A stretch of 64,000 nt of DNA. It comes from an uncultured Spirochaetales bacterium. Its GTDB lineage: Bacteria > Spirochaetota > Spirochaetia > Sphaerochaetales > Sphaerochaetaceae. This document shows positions 28,285 to 37,800 of this stretch, piece by piece (position 1 is the stretch's first letter; each line of letters begins with the position of its first letter). The notes under the pieces are model-generated. The model worked only from the letters and a program-made list of their open reading frames with translations. It had not been told where the DNA came from and searched no databases. Both the position numbers and the translations under genes were made by a program. Where the stretch lies: positions 30,822 through 94,821 of the forward strand of contig CACYEI010000030.1 in NCBI GenBank assembly GCA_902773355.1. The letters are read 5' to 3'.

Positions 28285-28300
28285 AGCATTTACTGTGCCA
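28285..28300 (-). promoter_or_regulatory. Sigma-54 type -24/-12 promoter upstream of hsp20
   Basis: The minus strand reads TGGCAC-AGTAA-ATGCT, with the same spacing and the same ATGCT -12 element as at 23730. It lies about 55 nt upstream of the hsp20 ATG. Confidence 0.65.
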
Positions 28301-28546
28301 AGTTTTAAAAATATAGTTGTATATATAAATTTTATCATATTAAACAATTTTATTATCTGTTCAATTCTCTTTTAATGTATCTTTTTTACCCATATGGTAA
28401 AAATTACACAATTTATGAGTAATTTATACTCAATCAAATAATAATAAGTTTATATAACTGGATTTATAACTGAAAACCTCATTTTCTGTTCAGTTTTTTT
28501 AAATAAAAAAGATTATAGAAATAAAAGAACTTAACAGGAGAAACAT

Positions 28547-30547
28547 ATGAAAAAAAGTATAAGCATATTTTTTTCTTTTCTATTACTAATATGTATGTAT
28601 TCATGTGCTGATGAATACAGCAGTGGTACTATGCATCTCTATATACATAGTGATGAAATAGCTAAAACAATAAAATTAGATGACAGCATTTCAGATATAA
28701 CAAAATTTTCAGTTTCTGGCATAGGACCTGGCGGAAAAACTTTCACTGTAGATTCTACAAGTTCATCTATAATAATAGAAGGATTACCTTTAGGAAACTG
28801 GGAAATTAAGGCTAATGGCTATAATACAAAAGGAAAGATAATTGCAACAGGCTCTTTAAATTTTACACTATCTGGTAATCAAGATCCTCAAACTATCAAC
28901 TTAAATACTATTTCAGGTACAGGTTCTCTACAATTACGTTATGAATGGAATGAAATTATGGAAAATTCTACTGTAGAAATAGAAATGTATAGTAATAACT
29001 ACCATGACTGTTATTTAAAGAAAACACTTGTAGTTCCCCCTTCTTCTTCTAATATATCAGTTAATTTTACAAACCTGCCTTCAGGTTACTATTTATTAAA
29101 GAGCAAACTAAACAACAATAATGTAACATTTGGAGGATGTGTAGATGCTGTTAAAATAATTAATGGAGAAAAAACTACAGGAATCATTAATTTTTCTGAA
29201 GAAGTTAATTCTGATTATAAAGAATTATATATCCCATATATAAATGGTTCCCCGCTCACAGCTCACATATCAGGACTTTCAAAAATTAATTCAACTAAAG
29301 ACCTTCAGTTAGAACTAATCTTAGACAAACAGTATGACCCGTCTTATAACTATATACTACAGTGGTACTTGGATGGTGTTCTTATAGAAGAAACAGATTT
29401 AAAAATAAATGAAAACAACATAAGTATAAACTCAAATTCAGGTATGCATATCTTAAATGCAGTAATGTTAAACAGAGAAAAGCATATCTGTGGATCTCTA
29501 ACAGAGAAATTTAAAACATCAGTTACAGGTAAAACTGGCGTACCAGTAAAAGATGGAATAATTACTGCTTTGACAAACAAAAACCTAATTATTGATAACA
29601 CGTCAAAATTTGGTTTATTACCAGACAATAAATGCGTAGTTGTAACACCAGATAGAGGAATAATGCAATTATTCAGTATAGTAAACTCTAGACCTGTAGT
29701 AGAACAAACTTTAACAGCATCAGAAAAAGGAACAGAATGGCTTTATGACACTACTGCCTTATTTTCAAATAAGGACATGAACATGTTTCTTCTAAATGAT
29801 TACAAAATAAACATGGATTACATGTTCTATAATCCATCCACTGGAAAAATAGAAAATGCACTACTTGGTGACAATATATTAAGACTAGAAGGGTCTACAA
29901 ACATACCTAGTTTCTGTGAATTTAATGGAACTAGATATGCCACTTTTATTCCATCTGAAGATGGAGGCGGGGTAATAGCTTCAATAGACAGCAAATGCAG
30001 TAAAGGCTATCAGGTTGTCTCTAGTAATTCAGGGCCATATTTATGCTGTGTATTAGATGTAAATGCCTCCATTGGTCCAAAAATTATGAAAGGCTATGAC
30101 GACAAAATTGTACTTTCAGGTTCCGGTACTTCCATATATTCAGCATCTTTTAATGGTACACAAAGAACAAGTAAATGGTATGAATCAAAAATAGGTATAT
30201 CTGATATTACAGATTTTATATTCTTGGACCGAACAAATATATTAGTAACAAACGGAAATAGAATTGTTCACTGCAGATATAATATTGGAAGTCAGACATG
30301 GAATAGTATTACATCTTTTGAAGCTAATGTTAAACATCTGATTAGTGGAAATACATCTCAATATTTTTATATATGTGATTCAGATAACAATATAATAACA
30401 TATTCAAATAACTATTATGCCTTTAATAAACTGGATACAACCTGTTTAGAGGAAGATATTGTAAAAATAATGATAACAACAGATAACCATATGTTATGCC
30501 CATGCAGTGATGGTTCTATTGTTATTTTAACAATTATAGAGGATTAG
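28547..30547 (+). CDS. Large lipoprotein, function unknown
   Basis: GGAG RBS and signal peptide with Cys (LLICMYSCADE). The N-terminal half is beta-rich and Ig-like by composition. No catalytic motif recognised. Confidence 0.6.
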   Translation: MKKSISIFFSFLLLICMYSCADEYSSGTMHLYIHSDEIAKTIKLDDSISDITKFSVSGIGPGGKTFTVDSTSSSIIIEGLPLGNWEIKANGYNTKGKIIATGSLNFTLSGNQDPQTINLNTISGTGSLQLRYEWNEIMENSTVEIEMYSNNYHDCYLKKTLVVPPSSSNISVNFTNLPSGYYLLKSKLNNNNVTFGGCVDAVKIINGEKTTGIINFSEEVNSDYKELYIPYINGSPLTAHISGLSKINSTKDLQLELILDKQYDPSYNYILQWYLDGVLIEETDLKINENNISINSNSGMHILNAVMLNREKHICGSLTEKFKTSVTGKTGVPVKDGIITALTNKNLIIDNTSKFGLLPDNKCVVVTPDRGIMQLFSIVNSRPVVEQTLTASEKGTEWLYDTTALFSNKDMNMFLLNDYKINMDYMFYNPSTGKIENALLGDNILRLEGSTNIPSFCEFNGTRYATFIPSEDGGGVIASIDSKCSKGYQVVSSNSGPYLCCVLDVNASIGPKIMKGYDDKIVLSGSGTSIYSASFNGTQRTSKWYESKIGISDITDFIFLDRTNILVTNGNRIVHCRYNIGSQTWNSITSFEANVKHLISGNTSQYFYICDSDNNIITYSNNYYAFNKLDTTCLEEDIVKIMITTDNHMLCPCSDGSIVILTIIED

Positions 30548-30551
30548 AAAA

Positions 30552-31097
30552 ATGAATAAAGTAAAAAAAATTTTTCTATTTCTTCTAATTCTTTTCTGCC
30601 ATATTCAACCTTGTTTTTCAGAAGAAAAAAATCAAATACTGGGAGTATCTGCTGATTTAGGGATTATCCAGGATCTATTTCTAAAACATCATTCTAACCA
30701 ATTTTCATTAAGTTTCAGATATGCACCTGATAGTGAATTTGAATTCAGATTACCTCTTACACTAACTAACTGTAACAACCAAATTTTTCTGGATGGTGCC
30801 ATATTTGTATGTTACTACCCATTTAAAATTAAAACAGGGTTATTTTTTGGCATATCTCTTATTCATTTTGGTAGAGAAATTGGGAAAAACAATAATGATA
30901 CAAATTTTACACCATTAAATGAAATGGCTGTGGGATGAAATATAACCATACCTCTTGGTTTTTTTATTGAACCTGTACTTTTAATTAGAGATCCGTCTGG
31001 GACTTTTTCAGATGAATACTCCTCTCTTAGAGGCAGTTTTGATTCATACAGCACTTTTAGAGCACGATTAAACGTGGGCTGGAAGTATAAATTTTAG
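30552..31097 (+). pseudogene. Small outer-membrane beta-barrel-like protein interrupted by an in-frame TGA
   Basis: A signal peptide plus a 128-aa ORF ends at the TGA at 30936..30938. The same frame continues open for 52 more codons and ends ...RARLNVGWKYKF*, an OMP-type C-terminal aromatic signal. The context GTG GGA TGA AAT is one transition away from TGG (Trp). Confidence 0.55.
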
Positions 31098-31111
31098 TTT
31101 ACGGAGGGTAT

Positions 31112-31993
31112 ATGACTAAAAAACAAAAAAGCATTTTTAATTATTGGATTGCTGTAATTCTTTTATTTGCCATGTGTTCATGTAATTTGAACATACTTCC
31201 AAATAACAAACAAAGGTATTCAGATTCAACCATTAAAACAGTAGTTTCTAAAGCTATTGATTCGGAAATGGAATACATAAAACCTAATCTGGAACCTGAA
31301 TTACAAGCAAAAATTGACAACAGTACTAAAGGTAAACCCTTATCTGGGAAACAGATAGTTGATCTAATTTTAGATGAGAAATCAGGACATGACTATGTAG
31401 AATTCTGTTTTGCTGTAGAAGAAAGTACTGTTTCAAATAACTCTGAATATGTTGTTGACAGTGCAAAAAATTTATTAAGTGAAAGAGAATACGCTGATTT
31501 GGAAATACAGATAAACGAAGCAGAGAAAAAAATGACCATAATGGCTGATGAATTTGCTAAAGGTCTTCCTGCTGATCAACAACATGCATTTTATAAAGAC
31601 CTTAAATCACTAGTAACCAGATCAATAGTTCTTCTGACCGCAGGTATAGTTTACATGGCAATACCTGATATTGTTCTATGGGGCAAGATAAGTGCTGCGG
31701 CTGCAATCTCTATAGGTGCAGGACTTGTTTCATTATCAATTATGACTATCTATGAAAAATACAAATTCAAAGACTCTGATAACAGCAAAGAAGATAAAAC
31801 CTTTAAAGAATGGCTTGAAGAATTAATAGCTGTTCCTAAAGCAGATTTTGCCATTACCACTTCAGTTACAGCTATAGCTACTTGCATAAGTGAAAGTCCT
31901 ATAGTGAAAGGTATTGTAATTATTGTTTTTGCCTGTACAAATGCATTAGAAATGGTATTAACCATGTTGAAAAAATATAATTTTAACGCATAA
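31112..31993 (+). CDS. Lipoprotein-signal protein with C-terminal hydrophobic helices, function unknown
   Basis: GGAGGG RBS and LLFAMCSC lipobox-like signal. The C-terminal third carries Gly/Ala-rich hydrophobic segments (ISAAAAISIGAGLVSLSIM). Confidence 0.55.
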   Translation: MTKKQKSIFNYWIAVILLFAMCSCNLNILPNNKQRYSDSTIKTVVSKAIDSEMEYIKPNLEPELQAKIDNSTKGKPLSGKQIVDLILDEKSGHDYVEFCFAVEESTVSNNSEYVVDSAKNLLSEREYADLEIQINEAEKKMTIMADEFAKGLPADQQHAFYKDLKSLVTRSIVLLTAGIVYMAIPDIVLWGKISAAAAISIGAGLVSLSIMTIYEKYKFKDSDNSKEDKTFKEWLEELIAVPKADFAITTSVTAIATCISESPIVKGIVIIVFACTNALEMVLTMLKKYNFNA

Positions 31994-32005
31994 ATTAAAT
32001 CTAAA

Positions 32006-32033
32006 GCTGACTACTAAAAAAAAGTAGTCAGCA
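32006..32033. terminator. Hairpin between convergent genes
   Basis: 10-bp stem GCTGACTACT/AGTAGTCAGC with an A8 loop. The flanking U-runs are weak. Confidence 0.4.
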
Positions 32034-32057
32034 TCTTAAATTAAGGACAATACATAA

Positions 32058-32292
32058 TTAACCCAACTGTTCTATTAAATAATTTTCATATCCTATTTCT
32101 TTTATTAGATTCAAATGCTGTCTTACCCAGTTATAATGCTCTTGCTCATCTATTATAAACTTCTGAATCATATTTTTTGTAATAAAATCATCATCAAACA
32201 AAGATAAAGATTTACTCATTTCAGATAGAATGTTGCTGTGAATTTCCAAACCAACCCTTTGCATATTCTCTTAATAGTTCAATTTTTGTCAT
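32058..32292 (-). pseudogene. Bacterioferritin-like C-terminal half (truncated and apparently frameshifted)
   Basis: The 68-aa ORF aligns by eye with helices C-D of Bfr (IIDEQEHYNWVRQHLNLIKEIGYENYL versus E. coli [28 protein letters not shown]). An AGGAG-preceded ATG at 32292 opens a different frame that stops after 23 codons. Confidence 0.45.
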
Positions 32293-32314
32293 TTTATAAA
32301 CTCCTATTATTAAA

Positions 32315-32827
32315 TTATAAATTTTCAGCAAATGATTCTATTTCACTTAATTTGGATTCTGAAACCTTACCCATCCCCGAATTTGTAATGATTCCTAAAT
32401 CTGAGATACCCATGTAATTAATCATATCTTTATACATGGATATGGCACTAGTATATACACCTTCTGAACCAGAAGTTAATAATAATACTGCTTTGTTAGC
32501 TTTAGGAGGTTTACCTATAGCATAAACTCTTTGAATAGCACTAACAATCTGTGCAGTCATACCAAAGTAATAAATTGGAGAAGCATAAACTATCATATCC
32601 GCATCAAGATATCCCTGCATGACTTTATCCATATCATCCCTTTGTATGCATTTTCCTTCACCTTTTCCATGACAGTATTCACAACCTAGACAACCAGATA
32701 TTTTAAGTTTTCCAACCTGTATTTCATTTATTTTATAGTCTTTTTTTGATAAACCATTTTTAAAAGCCTTAATCATATCAGAAGTATTATCTGTTCTTGG
32801 ACTACCATTTAAAATTAAAACATTCAT
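32315..32827 (-). CDS. Flavodoxin-fold NAD(P)H-dependent FMN reductase-like protein
   Basis: Start set at the ATG at 32827 (AGGAGG RBS). MNVLILNGSPR is typical of the family. Cys cluster CLGCEYCHGKGEGKC. Confidence 0.7.
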   Translation of the reverse strand: MNVLILNGSPRTDNTSDMIKAFKNGLSKKDYKINEIQVGKLKISGCLGCEYCHGKGEGKCIQRDDMDKVMQGYLDADMIVYASPIYYFGMTAQIVSAIQRVYAIGKPPKANKAVLLLTSGSEGVYTSAISMYKDMINYMGISDLGIITNSGMGKVSESKLSEIESFAENL

Positions 32828-32864
32828 ATTATTCCTCCTGAAATAATCTATATTAATTAATATT

Positions 32865-33602
32865 TTATTCAATATAATATGTATCAATATAACTGATTTT
32901 ATCACTGGATTTTACCAATTCATATTTACCAGTTTTTTTATTTAATATCTTAAGAGAATAAATTTTTTTTGATTCATAATCCCTAAAAATTAGATATTCA
33001 TTTCCGTTTATATTGTTTTTTTTAAGCTCTAGAAACCTAGGTTCACCTGCATAACCTTTATCAGTTGGATATATAGTCAACACTAACGTATCTACATTTT
33101 CCTCCCATGTCTCTAGCTTATCATACATTAACATGTATGGTGATATTAAACTGTATTCTGAATTCTTAGGGAAGTTAAACCATATTTCTCTGAAATCCAA
33201 ATCATAGTCTTCATCATCTTCTATTAAATCAGTTTTATAAATAACTTGATCATCTGAACTAATATACATATTCCTAATTCCTTCTTTATCATTTGAAGGT
33301 ACCAATTGAAGAAGATTTTGATCTGCTGATAAAATCAATTCACATTCACTTTCACCATTAATATAAACTTTGACTGACCATGATTTTTCTTCAAGCTCAC
33401 CCCAGTATTTTTCAGAAACTTTAAATTCTTTAGATAAAACTTTTTTATCTTTTTCAAAACTTAAAAATGTATTTTTATTAAATAATTGCTCATTTGCATC
33501 TTCCAAATCTAAAACAATACTTACTTCATTTGAATTCTTATTACATGAAAATGCTAAAATCAGGAAAAAAAACATGCTTAAAACTATCAATATCTTTTTC
33601 AT
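32865..33602 (-). CDS. Lipoprotein, function unknown
   Basis: Signal peptide with lipobox ILAFSC. No recognisable domain. Confidence 0.55.
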   Translation of the reverse strand: MKKILIVLSMFFFLILAFSCNKNSNEVSIVLDLEDANEQLFNKNTFLSFEKDKKVLSKEFKVSEKYWGELEEKSWSVKVYINGESECELILSADQNLLQLVPSNDKEGIRNMYISSDDQVIYKTDLIEDDEDYDLDFREIWFNFPKNSEYSLISPYMLMYDKLETWEENVDTLVLTIYPTDKGYAGEPRFLELKKNNINGNEYLIFRDYESKKIYSLKILNKKTGKYELVKSSDKISYIDTYYIE

Positions 33603-33654
33603 ATATATTCTCCATTAAAATAATAAATTTAATAACCAATTTAACACTAAAACA

Positions 33655-34875
33655 CTAATATGATATTGATTCCATTATATTCCAAAAATCAGGAAATGAA
33701 ACATTTGTACATTTTTCATTTTTTAAATAAACATCACCTTTACACAGTGCAGATAAAACACTTAATGCCATAGCTATTCTATGGTCATTATAGGAATCTA
33801 GTATTCCACCGTGAAGTGTTTTATTAGGATAAATTTTTATAGAATCAACTGTTTGCTGTGTTTTTATACCCAATATATTCAAATTTTCAGAAATAACTTT
33901 AATTCTATCTGTTTCTTTAATGCGTGCATTTGCAACATTTTTAAAAAGCACTGGTCTTTTAGCCTGAGTGGCTGTACAACACAACACAGGAAGAGAATCT
34001 GGAAAATCACCAATATCAAAAACTGATTTTTCATCTTTCATCATACTGTCTATAACCTCAAATGCTTTATAATCAGCCTGAAGACGGTCTGTGAAAAAAT
34101 TATCAAAAACAATTTCTGAAGAAGTTAAAACCTTTAATGCATAAAAAGGAAGAGCTGAACTCATGTCAGGAGGAATTATATAATTATCCTTAACATATTT
34201 TTCAGATCCAGAAAATCTATAAAAAGTCAGATCTTCTGATACATAATAGCTGATATTATTCATCTTTAAATATGACAATGTCATTTCAATATATGGCCTT
34301 TCACATAAGTTAGAAACTGTAAGTGTAGATTCCCCATCTAATAACGGCATAATAAGTAATAAAGCCGAAACAAACTGACTGGTTGTACAATTAATAATAA
34401 TATCCGATGCAAGAGCTTTACCTTTTATAAAATATGGGAGGTACCATTCTTTACTGTTATCAGATTTTACAGATATCAAAACACCCATCTTTTTTAATGC
34501 ATTCAGAAGACCTTTTACTGACCTACTACTTAATGAAGAATCACCTGTAAAATGAACTTTAAAATCAAATAAAGAAGACACAGCTGTTGAAAAAAAAAGT
34601 GTAGTACCTGAATTACCACAATCAATATAAACTTCATCAGTATTTTTTAGACTACTGGAATCAATAATAACTGAATACTTATTTATTATAATATCAGCTC
34701 CCATTTTAGAACAAAAAGAAAGTGCCATTTTAGTGTCATCTGATATTAAAGGATTATTTATAACTGTTTTACCAAATTTTAAAAATGAAAAGAGAATTGA
34801 TCTTATTGTATGACTTTTTGAAGGTGGAATATGTATATGACCATTAAACTTTTTGCCTGCAAATAATTTTTTCAT
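33655..34875 (-). CDS. aroA: 3-phosphoshikimate 1-carboxyvinyltransferase (EPSP synthase)
   Basis: 406 aa with PPSKSHTIRS, GNSGTT and DHRIAMALSV motifs. The ATG overlaps the addA stop (ATGA). Confidence 0.88.
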   Translation of the reverse strand: MKKLFAGKKFNGHIHIPPSKSHTIRSILFSFLKFGKTVINNPLISDDTKMALSFCSKMGADIIINKYSVIIDSSSLKNTDEVYIDCGNSGTTLFFSTAVSSLFDFKVHFTGDSSLSSRSVKGLLNALKKMGVLISVKSDNSKEWYLPYFIKGKALASDIIINCTTSQFVSALLLIMPLLDGESTLTVSNLCERPYIEMTLSYLKMNNISYYVSEDLTFYRFSGSEKYVKDNYIIPPDMSSALPFYALKVLTSSEIVFDNFFTDRLQADYKAFEVIDSMMKDEKSVFDIGDFPDSLPVLCCTATQAKRPVLFKNVANARIKETDRIKVISENLNILGIKTQQTVDSIKIYPNKTLHGGILDSYNDHRIAMALSVLSALCKGDVYLKNEKCTNVSFPDFWNIMESISY

Positions 34876-37800
34876 AATTGAATGACTTTTACTGGGTTTT
34901 CCGGATCCCTTAAATAAAAAATATAACCACTTATTTTTTTTGACGGCTTTAAAGAATGTACAGCTTGCACATATTCTGTAATCTGTGGGATATAAACCTT
35001 ATCCGTTTTTATTAATGAAGTTTTAAAATCTACTATTATAAACTCATTTTCATTTTCTGCTATAAAATCAATTATACCTTCCTTATACAGATCATTTTTT
35101 GAATCATACATTGTGTACGGGACTTCAGAATTTATGATAAAACAGCTTTTTAAACCTTTATAAAAACTACTATTAAAAAAATTATCTGAAAGAATATTTG
35201 CAGATTTATCATATTTTTCATTATTTATCATGTAGGTATTTTTCAAAGTACAGCTTATTAAGTTGTGAACATAAGTTCCAAAATCTTGTTGTAGTAAATT
35301 AGCCTTTAAATAATTATCTATAGGTAATTCTGTAAAATATATATTCTTTTTATCATCTGAAAAAAATTCTTCTTCTAAAGATGTAACTGATATCTCATTT
35401 CTTTGATAGTTTGGATTAAATTCTATAGTTTTATCATACCATATTTTATTGGCTTCCAAATCTTCTTTTTTAATTCTACCAGTTGACCTGGTATTTTCCT
35501 TTTTTATTTTTTTATAGGTTATTTCCTGAATTAAATGTTTATCTACATCAGTTTTTCTGCATTTATCAAACAAAGTCTTAAATGTTATTAAACCAGTATC
35601 TTTTTCTTTATCTTTATTTTTACTACTGTCTGATTTACTACTGTCTGACAAAATCAAATGGTAGCACGCTCTGGTTACAGCAACATAAAATAATCTTTTA
35701 GTTTCTGCGTTTTCGTGCTCTATCTCTATATCTTTTAAAATTACCTGTGGTGGGACTAACTTTTTATCACTTTCTTTTTCGCATATTTCCATACATGGAA
35801 GATATAAAAAACCATCTTCCATAACTGCCCTTAAATTAGATGTATCATTTTTTTTACTAACTTGCATCTGAGCTATTATTACTATAGGAAATTCAAGCCC
35901 TTTGGACTTATGGACTGTCATGATTGATACTGCATTTTCAGAGTCCTGTAATATTTTAAGTTCCCTCTTCTCCGCTGTTTTATTTAAACTGTCTGATAAT
36001 ATTAAAGATCTTAAATAATCAATAAATTCAGATAAACATTTTCTCCTTTTTTCAAAATCACAACCTAAGGCAAAAAGCCATTTAAAATGCTCTTCATAAA
36101 CCTGATTATCAGGATTAGAAATAATAAAATTTCTATAACCCATATCCAAATAGATGTAACTCAATACTTCTGTAATGGTTTTTTCCATACAATAATTCTT
36201 TAAAATTTCAGAATTATAGAAACTACCTAAAGGACTGTTCTTAACTGCCATTTCAGTTAACTTATCAGGATATATAGTACTACTTATGATAGAATAAAAA
36301 TCAGATACCAATGCTTCCTTATATACAGATTTAAGTTCATCTGAATGATATGGAATTCCTTGAAGTTTAAGAGCTTTTTCTATCTTTCCCTGATTTGTTG
36401 TTTTAGTTAATAAAATACATATATCACTGTATGTAGGCCTTACCAACATACCGTCTTTAGATGGTATTAAGAATTCATCAGTTTTAAGAATTTTTTCACT
36501 AATAAATTCAGCCAAACTAAATGCTTCAGATTCAATGTTATCAGCATCTTCTGATTCATCTGAATTATTATCTTCCGTTTCCTCTTCCATATGATGATAA
36601 ATTATTTTAGGCTCTACTGTGCTTTCATGTTTATATTTTAATGGTGAAAAATCAGATTCATAATTTTTTTCATTATTTTCTCCCATTATTATTTTAAACC
36701 ATCTATTAAATTCCTGAACTAAAAACTGTTCACTTCTAAAATTCTCTTCTAATTCTATAAATTCCCCACCAGATTCTGAAATAGTTTTTTTTACTTCTTT
36801 AAAAACAGAAACATCTGCACCTCTAAATCTGTATATGCTCTGTTTTTCATCTCCAACCATAAAAAGCTTACCTTCAGTTAAATCAGTAGAAGCATTATTT
36901 TCACATAATAAATAAAATAGTTTTTTAAAGTCATCATTATTATCTTGAAATTCATCAGTCATTACATATTTGAATTTATTTTTATAGTAATTACGTATCT
37001 TTAAATCTTTTAACAAAATATCTATAGCCAATTTGATAATATCCGAAAAAGTCAAAATATTATTATTTCTTTTATATTTGTTAACTTCTTTTTCATACAG
37101 AGAAATAAGGCTGTAAAAACAATAGATAAATTCTTTTTCATTAAGCACGCTTTCAAGACTTATAATATGCAAAATGGATTTTCTCTTAATTTTATCTCTA
37201 AGAGCTTTTATATAATCAGCATTAACTTCTTTAGAACTGATTCTAGTACTAGTTTTATTGCAAATTTGGTCATAAAGTGAGCACAATTCTGAAAAATCAT
37301 ATCCTTCAGAAGATAATAAATCTAAGAGCTTATTATACAGATATAAGTTTTCACCTTTTTCCAGCCCAGAGTCTATATATTCTTGCAGATCTTTTACGGT
37401 ATCTCTTTTTTTCAGACTAAGTAGTTCACCAATTTTTTTTATATATATATTTGTTGAAATATCTGGATCCATTTCTGAAACAATATTAAACATGGCATTG
37501 TTAGAATCTGCTAAGCTGATGAAAAAATTTATAACATCAGATACAGAACATATGGAAAAAATTTTTTCAGCAAAATCTTTATATATATCTTTATTCAGTT
37601 CTGTTTTCAGTAAGGATAAGGTAATTTCATTTAAATTTTTTCTAAAATCATCATTATCAACTATAGAAAAGGAAGGCGAAAAACCGTAATCAATACATTT
37701 ATTTCTAACTATAGTAGAACAGAAACTATCAACTGTAGAAATACTGGCATTTAAAAAACGTGTTAGTTCTTCATTTGGACATTTGTTGTCTTTTATATCC

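Noticed and set aside
28281-28300. CIRCE (HrcA) operator upstream of hsp20, because of TTAGCA
   Set aside because: Only the TTAGCA hexamer is present, and it is simply the complement of the -12 element. There is no TTAGCACTC-N9-GAGTGCTAA inverted repeat.
30936-30938. TGA as selenocysteine or as a sense codon (genetic code 4 or 25)
   Set aside because: TGA terminates genes at their expected homologous ends elsewhere in the window (for example tsaE at 1688..1690), and Trp is encoded by TGG throughout. I see no SECIS-like hairpin immediately downstream. A TGG->TGA nonsense change is the simplest reading.
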